DNA from: Pseudomonadota bacterium
Lineage (GTDB): Bacteria; Pseudomonadota; Gammaproteobacteria; Ga0077536
Reading direction: 5' to 3'
Length of the DNA stretch: 64,000 nt
NCBI GenBank assembly: GCA_036130055.1
Contig: JAYYOR010000021.1
Coordinates: 1,844 to 65,843 of the forward strand
The notes under the pieces are model-generated. The model had not been told where the DNA came from and searched no databases. It saw nothing but the letters and a program-made list of their open reading frames with translations. The number at the start of each line of letters is the position of its first letter. Position 1 is the first letter of the stretch. The position numbers and the translations under genes are program-made. Positions 62,582-64,000 of the stretch are shown piece after piece.

Positions 62582-63451
62582 CTATATATCTCTATGATTC
62601 ACTGAAGCTCTTATTTCAATAGCTTTAAAAAAATTCGCTATAGATTCGGCAAAATAGACAGACCGATGTCTACCACCAGTACAACCAAAAGCTATAGTGA
62701 GATACATTTTATTCATAGCCTCAAATTCAGCAATCCAACAGGCCAAAAATTCCTGAATATCAGTTTTCATTTTTATTACTTGTTTATTTTTGCCAAGATA
62801 TTCGATTACGTCTTGATGAATACCTGTCTTATCCCGAAGATTAAGCTCCCAATAAGGATTAGGCAAACATCTGACATCAAAGACAAAATCAGCATCCATC
62901 GGTATACCTCGCTTGAAACCAAAAGATAAAAGCTGTAATGCCAACGTTGAGCTAGGATTCTTAGCTATTGTATCCTTTATAACCCTTCTTAAGTCATGTA
63001 AGTTATAGACGCTTGTATCAATAACGATATCAGCTTCTAAATTTACTTCATTTAACATTTCGATCTCTTTTGCTATTGCATTTTTTAAAGTGACCTGCTC
63101 ATTGGACAGAGGATGTTTTCTTCTGGTTTCACTGAAACGTTTTAAAAGACAATCCTGATTAGCTATTAAAAATATCAGTTCAACCTTTATCTTTGTCTCA
63201 TCTATGTTTTCTATCAGACTATGAAGCTGAAAAATTGACTTATCTACTGCTCTCACATCAATACCTATAGCTATATTCGCAGGCGTGAATTCTTTTGACA
63301 ATATAAGGGAAATAAAGTTTTCAAGTAGGCCTAGGGGCAAGTTATCAATGCAATGGAAACCAAAATCTTCTAGTGCTCCAAGCGCAACTGATTTTCCACC
63401 TCCGGAGAGCCCAGAAATTATAACTAATCTTTTTACGTATTTCCTTTGCAT
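62582..63451 (-). CDS. rapZ: RNase adapter protein RapZ (YhbJ)
   Basis: Walker A GLSGGGKS and colinearity with the E. coli RapZ N-terminus. Confidence 0.9.
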   Translation of the reverse strand: MQRKYVKRLVIISGLSGGGKSVALGALEDFGFHCIDNLPLGLLENFISLILSKEFTPANIAIGIDVRAVDKSIFQLHSLIENIDETKIKVELIFLIANQDCLLKRFSETRRKHPLSNEQVTLKNAIAKEIEMLNEVNLEADIVIDTSVYNLHDLRRVIKDTIAKNPSSTLALQLLSFGFKRGIPMDADFVFDVRCLPNPYWELNLRDKTGIHQDVIEYLGKNKQVIKMKTDIQEFLACWIAEFEAMNKMYLTIAFGCTGGRHRSVYFAESIANFFKAIEIRASVNHRDI

Positions 63452-63520
63452 ATACTTACCTGCTCGAAGATAGCGCTATTCCTTGACATGCAATGCATAA
63501 ATTATAGCCGCACCATTAGT

Positions 63521-64000
63521 CTACCAGTGTGTAGAAAAGGTCTTCTGTTTTCTCTCATTCGACGAAGGGATAGCAAGAGAGATTCTGTACTTCGCTACAG
63601 TCCTCCTTGCAACCTTATAACCTTTATCATAAAGCATTTCTGCTAGCTTCTTATCGCTTAATGGATTTTGGACATTTTCTGCAGCAATTAATTTTCTAAT
63701 GTGTGCCCTTATAACTACCGAGGATGCCTCTCCACCATCTTGAGTTTGAACATGACTATCGAAGAAAAACTTTAACTCGAATATTCCCCTAGGGGTTTCC
63801 ATGAACTTTCCATGGGTAGCTCGTGAAATCGTCGACTCGTGTCGGCCAACCATTTGCGCTACATCATGAAGAATCATTGGCTTCATTTTTTCTTCACCTT
63901 CTTCTAAAAATTCACTCTGCATGTCTACTATTGCTTTAGCGACATCTAAAACAGTATCACTTCTTTCTTTTAGGCTCTTCATGAACCAGTTTGCCTCTCG
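63521..64000 (-). CDS. rpoN: RNA polymerase sigma-54 factor, C-terminal part; the 5' end lies beyond the window
   Basis: RpoN-box ARRTVAKYR and core-binding/HTH region [12 protein letters not shown]. The frame stays open to the window edge. Confidence 0.9.
   Translation of the reverse strand, partial: REANWFMKSLKERSDTVLDVAKAIVDMQSEFLEEGEEKMKPMILHDVAQMVGRHESTISRATHGKFMETPRGIFELKFFFDSHVQTQDGGEASSVVIRAHIRKLIAAENVQNPLSDKKLAEMLYDKGYKVARRTVAKYRISLAIPSSNERKQKTFSTHW

Noticed and set aside
1-64000. Looked for CRISPR repeats, transposase or integrase genes, phage genes and tandem direct repeats suggestive of an accessory island.
   Set aside because: No repeated spacer-repeat architecture, no recombinase-like ORFs and no compositional island. 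Every ORF over 300 nt is accounted for by a conserved housekeeping family or the few hypotheticals listed.

Overview
This is a core chromosomal segment from an AT-rich gammaproteobacterium, roughly 93-95% coding, with about 64 protein genes. Many are tightly packed or overlapping, and many begin at GTG, TTG or an internal ATG. I found no rRNA, tRNA, CRISPR array, transposase, integrase or phage gene, and no stretch that looks like an accessory island. Gene order closely follows conserved Pseudomonas-type blocks. These are pilMNOPQ-aroK-aroB-gltBD-hemE; lnt-corC-ybeY-phoH-miaB; pcnB-folK-panC; lptG | pepA-holC-valS; cysE-iscR followed here by sufABCDS-sufT rather than isc genes; ndk-rlmN-pilW-rodZ-like-hisS-yfgM-bamB-der; dapA-bamC; rpe-trpGDC; ilvA | rpiA; hisAF-hisE-tatABC; polA; and mgtE-(118 aa ORF)-rapZ-rpoN. 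What stands out is what is missing from these blocks (ispG, lptF, hpf/ptsN/npr, hisI, panB, trpE) and a few unexplained insertions: a DUF368 membrane gene overlapping the lnt 3' end, a VOC plus class-II-aldolase pair, a small secreted ORF divergent from polA, and a TTG-initiated 118-aa ORF between mgtE and rapZ. There is a strong candidate IscR box in front of iscR-suf and a pair of perfect palindromes before ndk. I see no clear evidence of a novel defence or mobile system; the interesting material is regulatory rewiring and lineage-specific gene loss and insertion inside conserved synteny. Start coordinates were refined from the ORF track by homology and signal-peptide logic, and my hand-indexed regulatory coordinates may be off by 1-2 nt.
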